Origin: Mesotaenium endlicherianum
Taxonomy: Eukaryota
DNA length: 20,000 bases
Direction of reading: 5' to 3'
Assembly (NCBI GenBank): GCA_009602735.1
Contig: WELA01002985.1
Span: 62,321 to 82,320, forward strand
In this document: positions 8,231-19,600 of the stretch, piece by piece
Position numbering within the stretch: the stretch's first letter is position 1
Layout of the letters: each line of letters starts with the position of its first letter
Translations under genes and position numbers: made by a program
Notes under the pieces: generated by a model
Databases searched by the model: none
What the model was told of the DNA's origin: nothing
What the model saw: only the letters and a program-made list of their open reading frames with translations

Positions 8231-9987
8231 CTAGATGCTCCCTTTCCAACTAGTATGCCCGAGTCCACGTCAAGTCTCCCGACTTCATCGAGTGAGAGCA
8301 CGTCATGCTGTTCTACACCCTGAAATACTTGCTGTAGAAGGCACAGACCCCGCATCGCGCCGCATACGGTGAAATCAAGTATGTGCTGTTAATGCCTTCA
8401 AGGCAAACACTCAACAATCCACATAGCACAGCTGGTGCAGAAAAAAGGTTAAAGTTTACCTTATCACTCCCATCAACATAACAGCAGCTCGGCGCACACC
8501 TGACAAGGGCGGCGTTACGTCTCAAGGCATGCACAGGGAGCAGAATAGAGTTTCACCTTTGACGTAACAATTGCGAGGCCACAAGTCATGAGCTTCCATG
8601 TCCATGTTCATTCATGCGTGCTACTCGAGTATGAGGATGTTGCCCTGTAAATTCGACCAAGGCGCACATGCATTCCTGACGTTCGGCTAAACCGGGCCAA
8701 CAGGCTAACTGAAACGTACCCCGGGATTGACACTCGACTTTTCAAAGCGATTTAGCTTTCTGAACAACGCTGAAACATTCCTTAGGTCAGTGAAAATACG
8801 GAAACACGGAGATAAAATCATGCCTTGTCGAAGCAGGCCCTCTTTCGTCTGCAATTTCGTCTGCAATGTATTCATAAGTAAAAAGATAATTATACATCGT
8901 ACTTTACTGCCCGAATGCCTGGATTTGGGCAGCCGAAGACAGTTCTCTAGAGTTGCATAAAGTTGCAAGAAGTCGCCACAAAAAGTGCCAGGAGACCGTA
9001 CAGGGGGAAAAGTGGGTTGAAGCAGGTTGAAGTCCGAAATGAAATTGGATGAAATATGTTCGAGAGATTTTTTGGCGCCACAACGTTGCATCCACAGACC
9101 ATTCTAGGCGACGAAGAAGTCCAAACCGATGGGAAGCACGTCTGCTGTACAGCTTGCGGTCTTCGCTTAAGCAGGTCGTGGGAGGGTGCCCGTGTAGACT
9201 ACTTAGTGTTACTACAAATACCTTCAGAGGGTGCTGGCCTCCGTTGTTTCGCAGTTTTTGTAAACAATTTACCTCAATTACTGCTAGGTTCTTCTACAGA
9301 TCTGGTACAGGGTTTAGAATCGTATATTTGTACGTTATTTCATATCTTCTTTTTGGGCTCTCATTCATGAAGACCGTTGATTCTTAAGTGAGCTTCTCAT
9401 GTGAGAAACTACAGAGCGATGTGGCATCACGAACGAGGTCGTGTTAGTAGTAGTCTAGAGCACCTACTGACTTTCAGTGGAGGATCACCTGCAACGGGAA
9501 GTGTTGCAGTCACAGAAGAAAGATTATGAGTATGCCTTTTACTGCTGCACATGCACTTCTTCGATGCCTCCTCCTTTCCTCTGACACATTTCGCTAAGCT
9601 TATGGTCATCAAGCAGCGTGTGATTGTTTGCAACAGATGTACTCCATGGCTGCGCTTTTTTAGGTCGCTTGTTGTCATCCTCTTCCCTTGCATGTGATGC
9701 TTCCTTCGTGACTTTTCAATCATGGGCAGTTGGTCATTCTTAGGCTAGATTCTCCTTCTTCTGCACCCTGCAGGGGGAACTTGACAGCTGGGGGATTATA
9801 CGAGGTTCAGTCCCTTTATACGCGACGCTCGTGGGCCAACTGTCCTCTTGCTTATGTCCTCCTTGTAGCTACCTTATAGGAATAGCAAGCCTCAAGGTGC
9901 CGGTTGAATCTCATACCTTTGGTCGCCTTGTGCTTGTCGCCTTGCAGTTAAGCATGGCTGAGGCGACATAACGGGCACCTTGCTGCC
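8231..9987. promoter_or_regulatory. Head-to-head intergenic region (probable divergent promoter plus 5' UTR exons/introns of both genes)
   Basis: Lies between the 5' ends of two divergent genes, is markedly less GC-rich and has no credible ORF. Acceptor-like sites: cttgcag near 9947 (+) and atttcag near 8320 (-). Confidence 0.55.
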
Positions 9988-10659
9988 ATGGATGGAAGAG
10001 GGTGGGGAGACCCACAGGGTTTCGATCGGGAAAGGGCCCCTCCTGAACAGCATATGTATGATCGTGGCAGACCAGCTCCGCAGACATGTCGCCAGTGTGG
10101 ACAGCCTGGTCATTTCGCTCGCGAGTGCAGGCAAGCAGGGGAGGGCTTCATGCACGAAAGGGCGACAGGTGGCTCCGCTTGCTTCAATTGTGGGGAAGTG
10201 GGGCATCTTGCGCGCAATTGCCCTCAGAAGCTAATCGTTTGCGAGAACTGCAACAAGCTAGGGCACACGAAAGCAGCTTGCAGGAGCATGCTCGCCTGCT
10301 ACACCTGCGGGGAGGTAGGCCACACCAAGAAGGATTGCCCCAGGCAGAGAGGTGGGCACAACTTCATGGACGAGCGGATGCACGGGCCTGGGCAGCCATG
10401 GCCGCCGGGACGGCAGCATGGCGGCAGGTTGCGACTGGGCGAGCCAGTCTACATGCATGGTGCTGGGGGGGGGCTTGACCAGCCGCGCGAGAGCTATGCG
10501 GGGAGGAGGGAGTTTGGGGAGGAGCAGGGCTGGCTCATGGGTAATGGCTTCGGTGGACCTTACCACGACGCCATGCCCTTGCGCCACAGTGGCGAGATGC
10601 TGCTAGAGAGGGACATGGAGTACGGCCCGAGAGGAGGAGGAGGAGGGGGGGGGGGCTGA
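9988..10659 (+). CDS. N-terminal segment with four CCHC zinc knuckles (CX2CX4HX4C); probably the start of the ATXR3-like gene
   Basis: Strong context gccATGG. Knuckles CRQCGQPGHFAREC, CFNCGEVGHLARNC, CENCNKLGHTKAAC, CYTCGEVGHTKKDC (10087-10338). The stop comes immediately after a G11 run. Confidence 0.85.
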   Translation: MDGRGWGDPQGFDRERAPPEQHMYDRGRPAPQTCRQCGQPGHFARECRQAGEGFMHERATGGSACFNCGEVGHLARNCPQKLIVCENCNKLGHTKAACRSMLACYTCGEVGHTKKDCPRQRGGHNFMDERMHGPGQPWPPGRQHGGRLRLGEPVYMHGAGGGLDQPRESYAGRREFGEEQGWLMGNGFGGPYHDAMPLRHSGEMLLERDMEYGPRGGGGGGGG

Positions 10660-13600
10660 GCCGGCACGACAGCCAGGGGCGAGCGTGGAGCCACGCGGAG
10701 GAGGCTCGGATGAGCAAGGAGTCTCTGGCAGATGTGATCAGCAGCGGAATGCAGGGTAGGGGACCTTCTAGGGTTTCTGAGGGCAGGGAGAGGATGAGGC
10801 ATTCGCCAAAGGGGTGGGGCAAGGAGCGGCTGCGGGCGGAAGGTCCACCTGGCAGTCGAGGGAAGGGAAGCATGTACGGGAACCGGGGGTTCTCGGGAGA
10901 CCAGTTCAGGCCGGATAGCTGGGAGCCTTCGGAGCACCTGGAGAATGGATATCCCAGCTGGCAAGGTCCAGGTGGCAAGGGTGTGCCGAACCTGCCACCT
11001 CAGCAGTTCCCTCCTCTCAGTGCTCCTTCTCGGAGCATGTCCCCCGACAGAGGCTATGGCGGCAAGTATGGGGGCGGTTATGGGAGCTCAGTTGCAGTAG
11101 TCAGTCCACGGATGGAGTTCAGAGGTGAGAGGGGCGCACATGCTGCGCACCCCATGGCAAATGGGGCTCCCGACTGGAGGAAGGTCCGGGAGGGGCCTCT
11201 TTGGAAGCCGCCACCTGGCGACCCTGGCGCTGGGCCTGCGAATGGGATGCCTATGCCTGTCAACGGGCTGCACAGAGGAGCGGGCACGCACTACCTGCCA
11301 CATGGCGGCGGCACGACGCCCGAGAGGGAGAGGCCGCAGGAAGGCAAACCAGAGTGGGAGAGATGGAAGGAGGACAGGGAGGGCGGGGGGGGTGAGGCTC
11401 CCGAAGGCTGGTTCTACATTGACCGGGAGGGCAACCTCCAGGGGCCCTTTCCCCTCGCGCAGCTGCACCTGTGGTCAAAGGAGGGCCTTTTGCCCCTCGA
11501 TCACCTCGTATGCTGCTCGGGAAGCAATAAGTGGGTCACTCTGGAACATGCAGGCTCCCCCCCTCACTCTCCTCGCCCCCCTTCAGGGGCGGAACCTCCT
11601 GCCTCTGCGCGGGGCGGGCAGGCTGCTGGCCCCCCTGGGCCTCAGAGGGAGAACTTTGAGCATAACTTGCCTGCGGATCCCTTTGCGGCAGACAACCTCC
11701 TGGAGCCGCAGCTCCTGAGGCCCAAGCAGGTGGGTGCGGCATTTCTGCGGGGCGACTTGCTTCCTGCTCACCCCGGCTTCCTCCCCCCCAAGCAGGACGC
11801 GAAACCCTTGCAGGGCTCCAGCGTGTCGGCGGCAGAGTTCCCATCGAACCTGGCTGCCCCCCAGCCCTACAGCAGCCCCAGAGATGTGGGCATGGAGGCA
11901 GTCACGCCGCCCCCCGAGAAGGACGACGGCCAGCCTTCTCCTTCTCGCGCTTCTCCTGCCAGGGAGGAGGCGGAGGCGGAGGAGGGGTGCCTGACAGAGC
12001 CTGGTTCTGTTGGTAAGGCAGAGCCCGCGGCTTTAGATAATTTGGGATCCGAGTTCAGGGAGAGTGCTCCCCCACCTGGTGCCAAGGGAGTGCCCAAAGA
12101 GGAGGGCCACGGGAAGCCTGCGAGCGTTTTAGGGTTTGGGGGTGCTCCCAGCTTGTATCCTGTGAGCGCCAAGCGGGCCACGCCGGGGGCTCTCAACGAG
12201 GCTGAGCTGGAGGAGCTTAGTCCCGTCGGAGCTGGCGAGACAGCTGGCAGCGTGAAGGCCGAGGCTGGGGCTGGCGCTGGGGAGGAGCTGGACCTGGGAT
12301 TCTCGATCGACAAGCGCGTGGAGCAGCTCATGGCTGGCTTCAGTCTGGTGGCCGGGAAGGAGAAGGAGGCTGTGGAAGGTGAGAGCGAGCCCTGGGCCAG
12401 TCTTGCACGTGTCTGTGGGAGCACCCTGTTTGTGGCTTTTCTGGGCGTAAAAGTCTGCTGGTCATGACGGGTGGGTGTTGCCAGGGCTTTGGGCGGGTCT
12501 TGCAAGCGTTTGGGCTGGGCCTGCAAGCGATGGAGCCTCGTTGGAGGGGTTGGGCTGCCAAGGGGAGGGCAACTTCCTGTGACTGGGAATGTGCTGGCTG
12601 TTAAGGGTGTGCTCTCCGTCCGTGTGGCACACTGGGTTTTTTCTGTGCACTGAAAAGCGCTGTTTGGACACAGAGGCTCTGAGGACGGCTTCTCGCCTCG
12701 TCAAGAAGGAGGTTCATGCACCCCCCACTTCTGAAGGTGAGTTCAATTGCTGCCCGTGACGTTTGAAAGGGAGCTCCACGCAGCTCCATGCTGGAGACAT
12801 GTGGGTATCAACACTTTCATGTGGCTCCTTTTATTGGAGGGGGCGAAGAGAGGGGGGGNNNNNNNNNNNNNNNNNNNNNNNNNNNNNNNNNGGGGGGTTG
12901 GACCGCGGAAGGTGGGAGGGGGGGGTTTGTATTGTTGTGTTCATGAAATTTGAATTTCAGACTCTCTGCTGTCAAGGTCGCTATTTGAGCTTGAGGCTTG
13001 GTGATGTGACTGGCAGGCTCTCATGCAAAGGCAGCGGCTGCCAGCGTTGAGGTGGCAGTCCCGCTGCAGAAGGTGAAGCTTGAGCAAGCTGCAGAGGCAG
13101 GAGAGGGCAACGGCAAGGAAAAGGAGGAGGAGGACATTGTGGAAGTCGTTGACGAGGAAGGGGAGGACGACGGCGACGTCGCCAGGTGTCGCGATGCTGT
13201 TGCGCCCCATGCCCCCTCAGCTCCCGAGGTCACAGAGCGGGAGGTCAAGCCCGGGGTAGACGCTGTAGAAGCAGGAACAAGTGGGAGGGCTGGGGACGAG
13301 GATACCCCCGACGACAACCAGTGGAAGTGGCCCCTCCGGGGGGGGGACTGGAGGATGGTGGATGACCCAAATCTGGTCCCGCCGGGGCCCGAGAGGCTCA
13401 AGGTGGAGCCCCGGAAGGAGGTGTTGAACCGGGGGCGCCCGCTGTGCGCGGGAAGCAAGGGGGGGGAGACGGAGAGCGCGGTGGCTCGAGTGCAGCTGGA
13501 CCCGAGGCTGGGGCCTGCTGAGGCTGAGGGTGCTGCTGCTGCTGTGCTCCTGGAGCTGCCGGAGTGGGCTTGCGCTGCAGATGACCTAGAGGCAGACGAC

Positions 13601-16600
13601 GAGCTGCAGCCGGATAGGATTTCGGAAGGGTCCGAATTTGACGTGGGCGGGGGGGCTGGGGCCGGCAACGGGCTGTCGCTCGACATTCCGGAGGCGGGCG
13701 GCGCAAAGCCTCTGGAGAGCAGCACGCCATCTCAGTCCTCCACTCCGCGGTCCCACAACTCTGCCCCCCTGGGGCCACCTTGCAAGCCCAGAGCTGCTCA
13801 GGGGGCCACCGGGGCTCATGCGAACGGGACTGTGCCGGGTAGGGCTTCTCTGGGGGGTGCACCTGGGTGGGGCGCAAAGGGAGCTGGAAAAACAGAAGCA
13901 AAGGGCGCTGCGCCCCTGCCTGCCTCCAAAATAGGGGTGGGGGGCCCGAAAGAGAGCGCGGGGGAGGTGGTCCGAGCGCCAGCTGTGGCCAGGATAGTGT
14001 CTGCCTCCTCGCTGGGCAAGCTGGAGGAGGAGGGGATCCGCGAGCTACACCCCGTGGTGAGAAGGAACGCGCTGTTCTTGCGGAAGCACGGGTCTGTCAG
14101 CATGAAAGCTCTCCAGGACACGTGGCGGCACGGGGGGCGCGCAGCTTCAGAGAGGCCCAGACTGAGTGGGGGGCCAACGGCCGGTTTGACTGAGGCACAG
14201 AGCGTCTCCACAGAGGCACCAGCTCCGGCTGCAGCTCCGAGCACCCGTGCCCAAAGCTTGGAGATTGCGCAGAGGCCGCCTCAGGATCCTGCTGAGGTGG
14301 AGGAGGAGGGCCAAGCTGGGGCTGCTGCTGCCGCTGCCACTGCCGCTGCTGCCGCTGAGAGCTCTCTGGAGAAGCGGAGGAGCTCTAGAGGGAAGGGCCC
14401 CGAGGGAGGACTCGAGGCTCCTCCAGACGTAGAGGCTGCTGCCAGGGCACCCCAGATGGAGCCTCCTGGTCTTCCTGTGGATGCGAGTCCTTCTGTGGGA
14501 GTCGGGGTTGGCCAAGCAGCGGCAGCTGCAGCAGCAGCAGCAGCAGGGGAGGGCGAGGGGGCTCTGGCGAAGGAGGAGGAGGAGGCTCGTCCGTGCGACA
14601 TGGATGTGGAGGACGTTGTGCATGAGGGCGGCGCCAAGAAACTCCGGAGCGAGGCCAGGCCGCCGGCTGCGAAGCCTGCAGAGGCGCCAGGTGTGTGCCC
14701 GGGGGAGGCTGCCCCCATGGAGCTGGCCCGGCAGGAGAGCAGTAGCCCCCTGGCTGCGGGCCCGCCCCTCGTGTCGGTCAAGGGCGTCCCCATCCAGAGG
14801 CCCCCCGAGAGCGGCCTGTGGTTCTACTACGATGGCATGGGCAAGGAGCAGGGGGGGGTGCTCCTCTCGCGCCTGCAGTGGATGGTGAGTGCCGGCCTCC
14901 TGGCCGAGGGGAGCAGCGTGTACCGCAGGGAGGACGATCTCTGGCTGCCCGTCTCCCGCCTCCCCCCGCCCAAGACCGACCCCGTGCCACCTGTCCTGCG
15001 GCGCCTGGGGTTCCCCCTGGGTTATCTGATTGCCAGCATGAAGCGGGGGGGCTTCCCGGCGCCCGCGGGCACCCGGCGGGGCGGGGGCGGCGCCACAAGC
15101 CGGCAGCAGCAGCATCAGCTCGCGGCGCCTTTCAGCCACCTCCTGAGCTCTCTGGCGGGCAATTTCTCCCCCTTGCACGCTGCCGGTGCTGCCCCTGCTG
15201 CTGCTGGCGGCCTGGGGGGCGGCCCCCCCTCCCTGCACCCCAGGGATCAAATGCACTCCCCCGGCCTGCAGCTGCTGCAGAACCAGATTGGGGGCTCCTC
15301 TGCTGGGTTGGGGTCCCCCGACGTCGAAGAGCGCGGGGAGAGCGCCGGGAAGGCCTCCATGGGTCCCGAGTCTTATGCTGAGCTCCCGCCCCTCAGCCAG
15401 GGGCCCTTGCTGCCGGACGAGGCCGCCCGGCCCAGCAGCAGCGCCGCAGCCAGGGGGAAGGACGGGGCGGCCCGCGCCGGGGCGAGAACACCGTCCGGCA
15501 CGCACTCGGAGGGCGCGGCGGCGATGGCGGGCCCCAGCTTCGTCTCGTACGCCAAGGGCAAGCTGCACGAGGGCCTGATGCGCACGTACCGCGCCAAGCT
15601 CCTGGCCGCCACCATCCGCGAGCTGCTCGACGGCTGGCTGTACGAGCAGGAGGCGCGCGCGGAGGAGGAGGAGGTGGAGGAGGGGGCCATCGTGGTCCGC
15701 CGGGTCCCCCGCAAGCCGGCCTCAGGCTTGCTGAGGTGGGACGCCAGCGCTGCTGCGCTGGAGGAGAAGCAGCAGCCGCAGCTGCAGCAGCAGCAGCAGC
15801 CGGAGGAGGAGGAGGAGGAGGGGGAGGCGGTGCAGGCGCGGGGGCTGGCTGAGCTGAGGAGAGGGAGGCAGGTGCTTGACGAGGAGAGCGAGGAGATCGA
15901 GGTCGAGGCCTTCAACGACGACGACGATGACGGCGGCAATGACGACGCTCTCGCGGGCACGAGCAGGGGCGGTTCCGCCGCAGGCGAGGCCCAGAACCGC
16001 GGCTCGCCCTCTGTGCCGCCCACCCCGTCCTTTCCCCCAGCGCCATCTTTCGCCCCCCCGCCGCCCGATGAGGGCCTGCTTAGGGCTGCGCCCCGCACAC
16101 TTCCGCCGTGCAATGTCTCGCACTTCCAGCCGGAGGTCGATGTCTACGGCAGCGAGGAGAGCGAGGAGGACAACGGCAAGTTGTCGGGGAGCGCCAAGGG
16201 GGCACAGCAGGCGCAGTCCAAGTCCAGCGTGCGGGAGGAGCCAGCTGGCGCCGCTGACGCTCGCAGCAATGGCTTTCACTCCGAGGGTGTGGCCCTGACT
16301 TCTTCCCCCCTTCTGTTCTTGTCTTTTCGATCCCGCTTGAAACTGTGGGGGCTCTGCAAGCACGAGGTCATTGATGTGGATGCAAGCCATGTGGCGGTCT
16401 GCTGTAGCTCGTGCTGCGGGACCCCAACAGGCCGTGCTCTTAGCTGCACCTCTCGCACCGGCTCTGGAAGAGACAGTGCAGGGCGTCTGAGGGGAAGTTA
16501 GACTTGGGAGTGTTTGTGTCCCAGATCATCCACGCTGGGAGCTCTTCGCTGTTCATGCCGGTTCTCATTGACAAGGGGTGTGTTTTTTGTCTTGTATATC

Positions 16601-19600
16601 TGCGCATGCGCGTGTCTCCTGTGCGCTTGCGCGTGTGCCCTTGTGCCCTTGCGCATGCGTGTGTGACCGCGTGCTTGCTCTCATTGATTTGGATTGGGTG
16701 GTCGTATGTATCCGAATGGAATGCGTGCCACCCACCCAAATACCCAATCCGAGCATCATGGGTGGGCTCTAACTCGACACTTCGGTGCACCCGCGGCACC
16801 ACTCCTCGTCATGGTCCCCCCTGGCAGGAACTCCCGTCGCGGCGTTTGTCGAGCACGCCATTGACAACGGCGCCGCCGCCGCTGCCCCTGGATGCAAGCG
16901 GGCCGCATCGCCCCCGCACAAGGACGACAACAGTGGGGGGGGCGCGCACGCGCACAGCAACGCCGCGCGCCGGCGGCGCCTGGTGGTGGATGACAGCAGC
17001 GACTCGGACCGCGACGAGGTCTCGCGCGTGCCCGCGCCCTCGGGCGGCGCCGCCGCCAGCACGCAGGGAACGGGCGCGTCGGCGCTCTCGGAGTCGCGCG
17101 GGACCTCGCTGTCGCCCGACTCGTCCGTCATGAACATGGGGACCAATGGCGAGCGCGCTCTGTCGGACCTGCAGCAGCAGGTCGACCAGGCAGAGGAAGA
17201 GGCCCAGGTGGCGCGCGAGGCCGCGCTGGCGAGGGCCGTGCTGGCGATTGGCGGCGGCGGCGCGGCGNNNNNNNNNNNNNNNNNNNNNNNNNNNNNNNNN
17301 NNNNNNNNNNNNNNNNNNNNNNNNNNNNNNNNNNNNNNNNNNNNNNNNNNNNNNNNNNNNNNNNNNNNNNNNNNNNNNNNNNNNNNNNNNNNNNNNNNNN
17401 NNNNNNNNNNNNNNNNNNNNNNNNNNNNNNNNNNNNNNNNNNNNNNNNNNNNNNNNNNNNNNNNNNNNNNNNNNNNNNNNNNNNNNNNNNNNNNNNNNNN
17501 NNNNNNNNNNNNNNNNNNNNNNNNNNNNNNNNNNNNNNNNNNNNNNNNNNNNNNNNNNNNNNNNNNNNNNNNNNNNNNNNNNCGGCGGCGCCAAGTGGCG
17601 GCGCCGGGGCCGGCCTCGCGAGAGGCGTTGGTGGTGGCGGCGGGGGGGGCGCCGCCAGGCGCGAGGATAGCCAGGAGAGCGGGAGCTCCAGTCTGCGAGA
17701 CTGGACGTCCATCCCCCCGCCCGCGCTCGTCAACATCCTGACGAAGCTGAGGGGCGAGGTGGTGTCGCTGGCGGCCGTCGCCAAGACGTGCGGGGCGTGG
17801 CGGGCGAGCGTGGACGCAGCCAAGCGCAGCGCCAAGTACGCCGACTTCTCCAAGCTGGGCGCCAGGTGTACGGATCAGGCCCTCCGCTTCCTGCCGGTGG
17901 GTCCTCTTCCCCCGCGCCTCCCCCCGTCTGCTCACGCCGCAGCCTCCGGCCTCGGTCCCTCTCTTTCTTTAATGCGGCTATGAGCTTTTGCATTCTTGGT
18001 GCCAGGTAACGCTGCTAAGATCTCGTGACGTATCTTGCTAGCCGGAGGCGGCAGATGTAGTCTTAGTGGGCGGGCAGATGCCATGCAAGCTTGTGGCATG
18101 GCAGTGCAGTTTGGAAATCTGGTGTGCAAGGCTTTGAGACCTTGCCGGCAAAACATTCTATGTGCTGTCGTCTCACCTCTTGCTGGATCTGAGTCCCGCG
18201 GGTCGTTGACTGAGTGACGCGTTGGATGGGCGGGTGTGCATGCTGCGTGTGTGCTTCCGTGCATGCGTGTATGCTTTTGCGCGTGCGCGCACTGGCGGCA
18301 GACGTTCGGCCTCGGCTTCCCCAAGCGGGTGTGCCTGCGGGGGTGCTCCAATGTGACGGTGGACGGCGTGCGCTCCGTGCTCATGGCCAAGCCCTCCATC
18401 AACTTCGTGGAGGTCACGGGCAGCGAGCACATCAAGGAGCTCGCACCCCTCTTCCCCAAGGTCAAGTTCCACTCCCGCCGCACCGCCGCTGCCGCCGCCG
18501 CCGGCACCGCCAGCGGTGGCAAGGGCCGCGGCGCAGGCGGCGCAGCCGCAGCGCTCGCCAGGGCCGGCAGGGGGGGGGCCGTTCTGGAGCGGCGGGAGAG
18601 CCGTGACAGCGTCGGACTGCCGGTCCTGAAGGCGGCTGCGGGGTCCAGTGAGGAGGTGCCACCTGTCAGCGGCCTGGGCCTGGAGGCGCGGGCAGCTGTC
18701 TCCGAGGCGGCGAGGTTCAAGAAGATGCGACTGGACGCGCCGTCGACGTCGCGGGTGGGGCCCATCCCCGTCCCGCGCCGAGCTGGCACTCCCGGGCTGG
18801 AGGGCGACTCGCAGGACGTGCACAGGCACTGGGCAGCGGGCGGCAAGGATGCGGCGGAGCGGGACTCCCAGGACTCGCGGGACGTGCACTTGCCGAGGAA
18901 GAGGGCGGGGCAGCAGCAGCAGCAGCTGGGGGCGACAGCGGCAGCCGCGGGGGGTAAGGTGCCGACAGGTGGCGCTGCGCGTGGCGCTGCGAGCTCCCGC
19001 GATACGCAGACCCATTCGGGGACAGATGGCGGCGGCGGGGCTGTTCCCAGAGCAGCTGGTGCTGCCACGCCAGGTGGCACCCTGAGGCTGCCTCTTGCGG
19101 GGGGCCCGCAGGCGGTCGCTGCAGGCCCTGCCATAAAGAACTCGGCGGCGAGGGATCACCGGCTGGCGATTCGGCAGCTGCTGGAGAAGGAGATTGGCGA
19201 CGCCATCCGCAAGCTCTGGGATTTTGACAAGCACAAGTTCTTCACCCAGCCTGTGAGTTGCCTGCCTGCCGCGAGCGCGCCTTGTCCTCCCGCGGGCCAG
19301 CGTGGCTCTGCACGATGCCCTTGTGGGCGCGTGTGCCTGTCTAACTGCATGCGTGCGCCCAAGGCACAGGCCTTCCCTGAGTGGGGCTGGCGGGTGCACT
19401 TGAGGCGCACCCGCAGCTTTCTTTTGTCGCGTGGTTTTTTAGTATCCGCCTCCCTCCCTGGCAGAGCTCCGTATTGCAGAAGCACTGAACGTGTGCATGG
19501 CGCCTTCGTTCTTTCGCTGCAAGATAGAGCATCAGCGTTCATAATCAAGAAGGGCGGGTGGGGAGAAAGTTAAGATAGAGAGGGAGGGAGGTCAAGAGTC

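Noticed and set aside
8705..9723. ORFs in the divergent intergenic region (8705-9091, 9049-9387, 9056-9370, 9427-9723)
   Set aside because: Short, AT-richer than the real exons, and no recognisable motifs.
9988..10659. Zinc knuckles as retrotransposon Gag nucleocapsid
   Set aside because: No protease, RT or integrase motifs, LTRs or capsid-like region nearby. Four tandem knuckles followed by GYF-containing sequence fit a cellular gene.
13021..19399. Long minus-strand ORFs (14147-15568, 17932-19134, 18173-19399 and others)
   Set aside because: Antisense to the ATXR3-like exons; stop-poor because of high GC; no independent domain signal.
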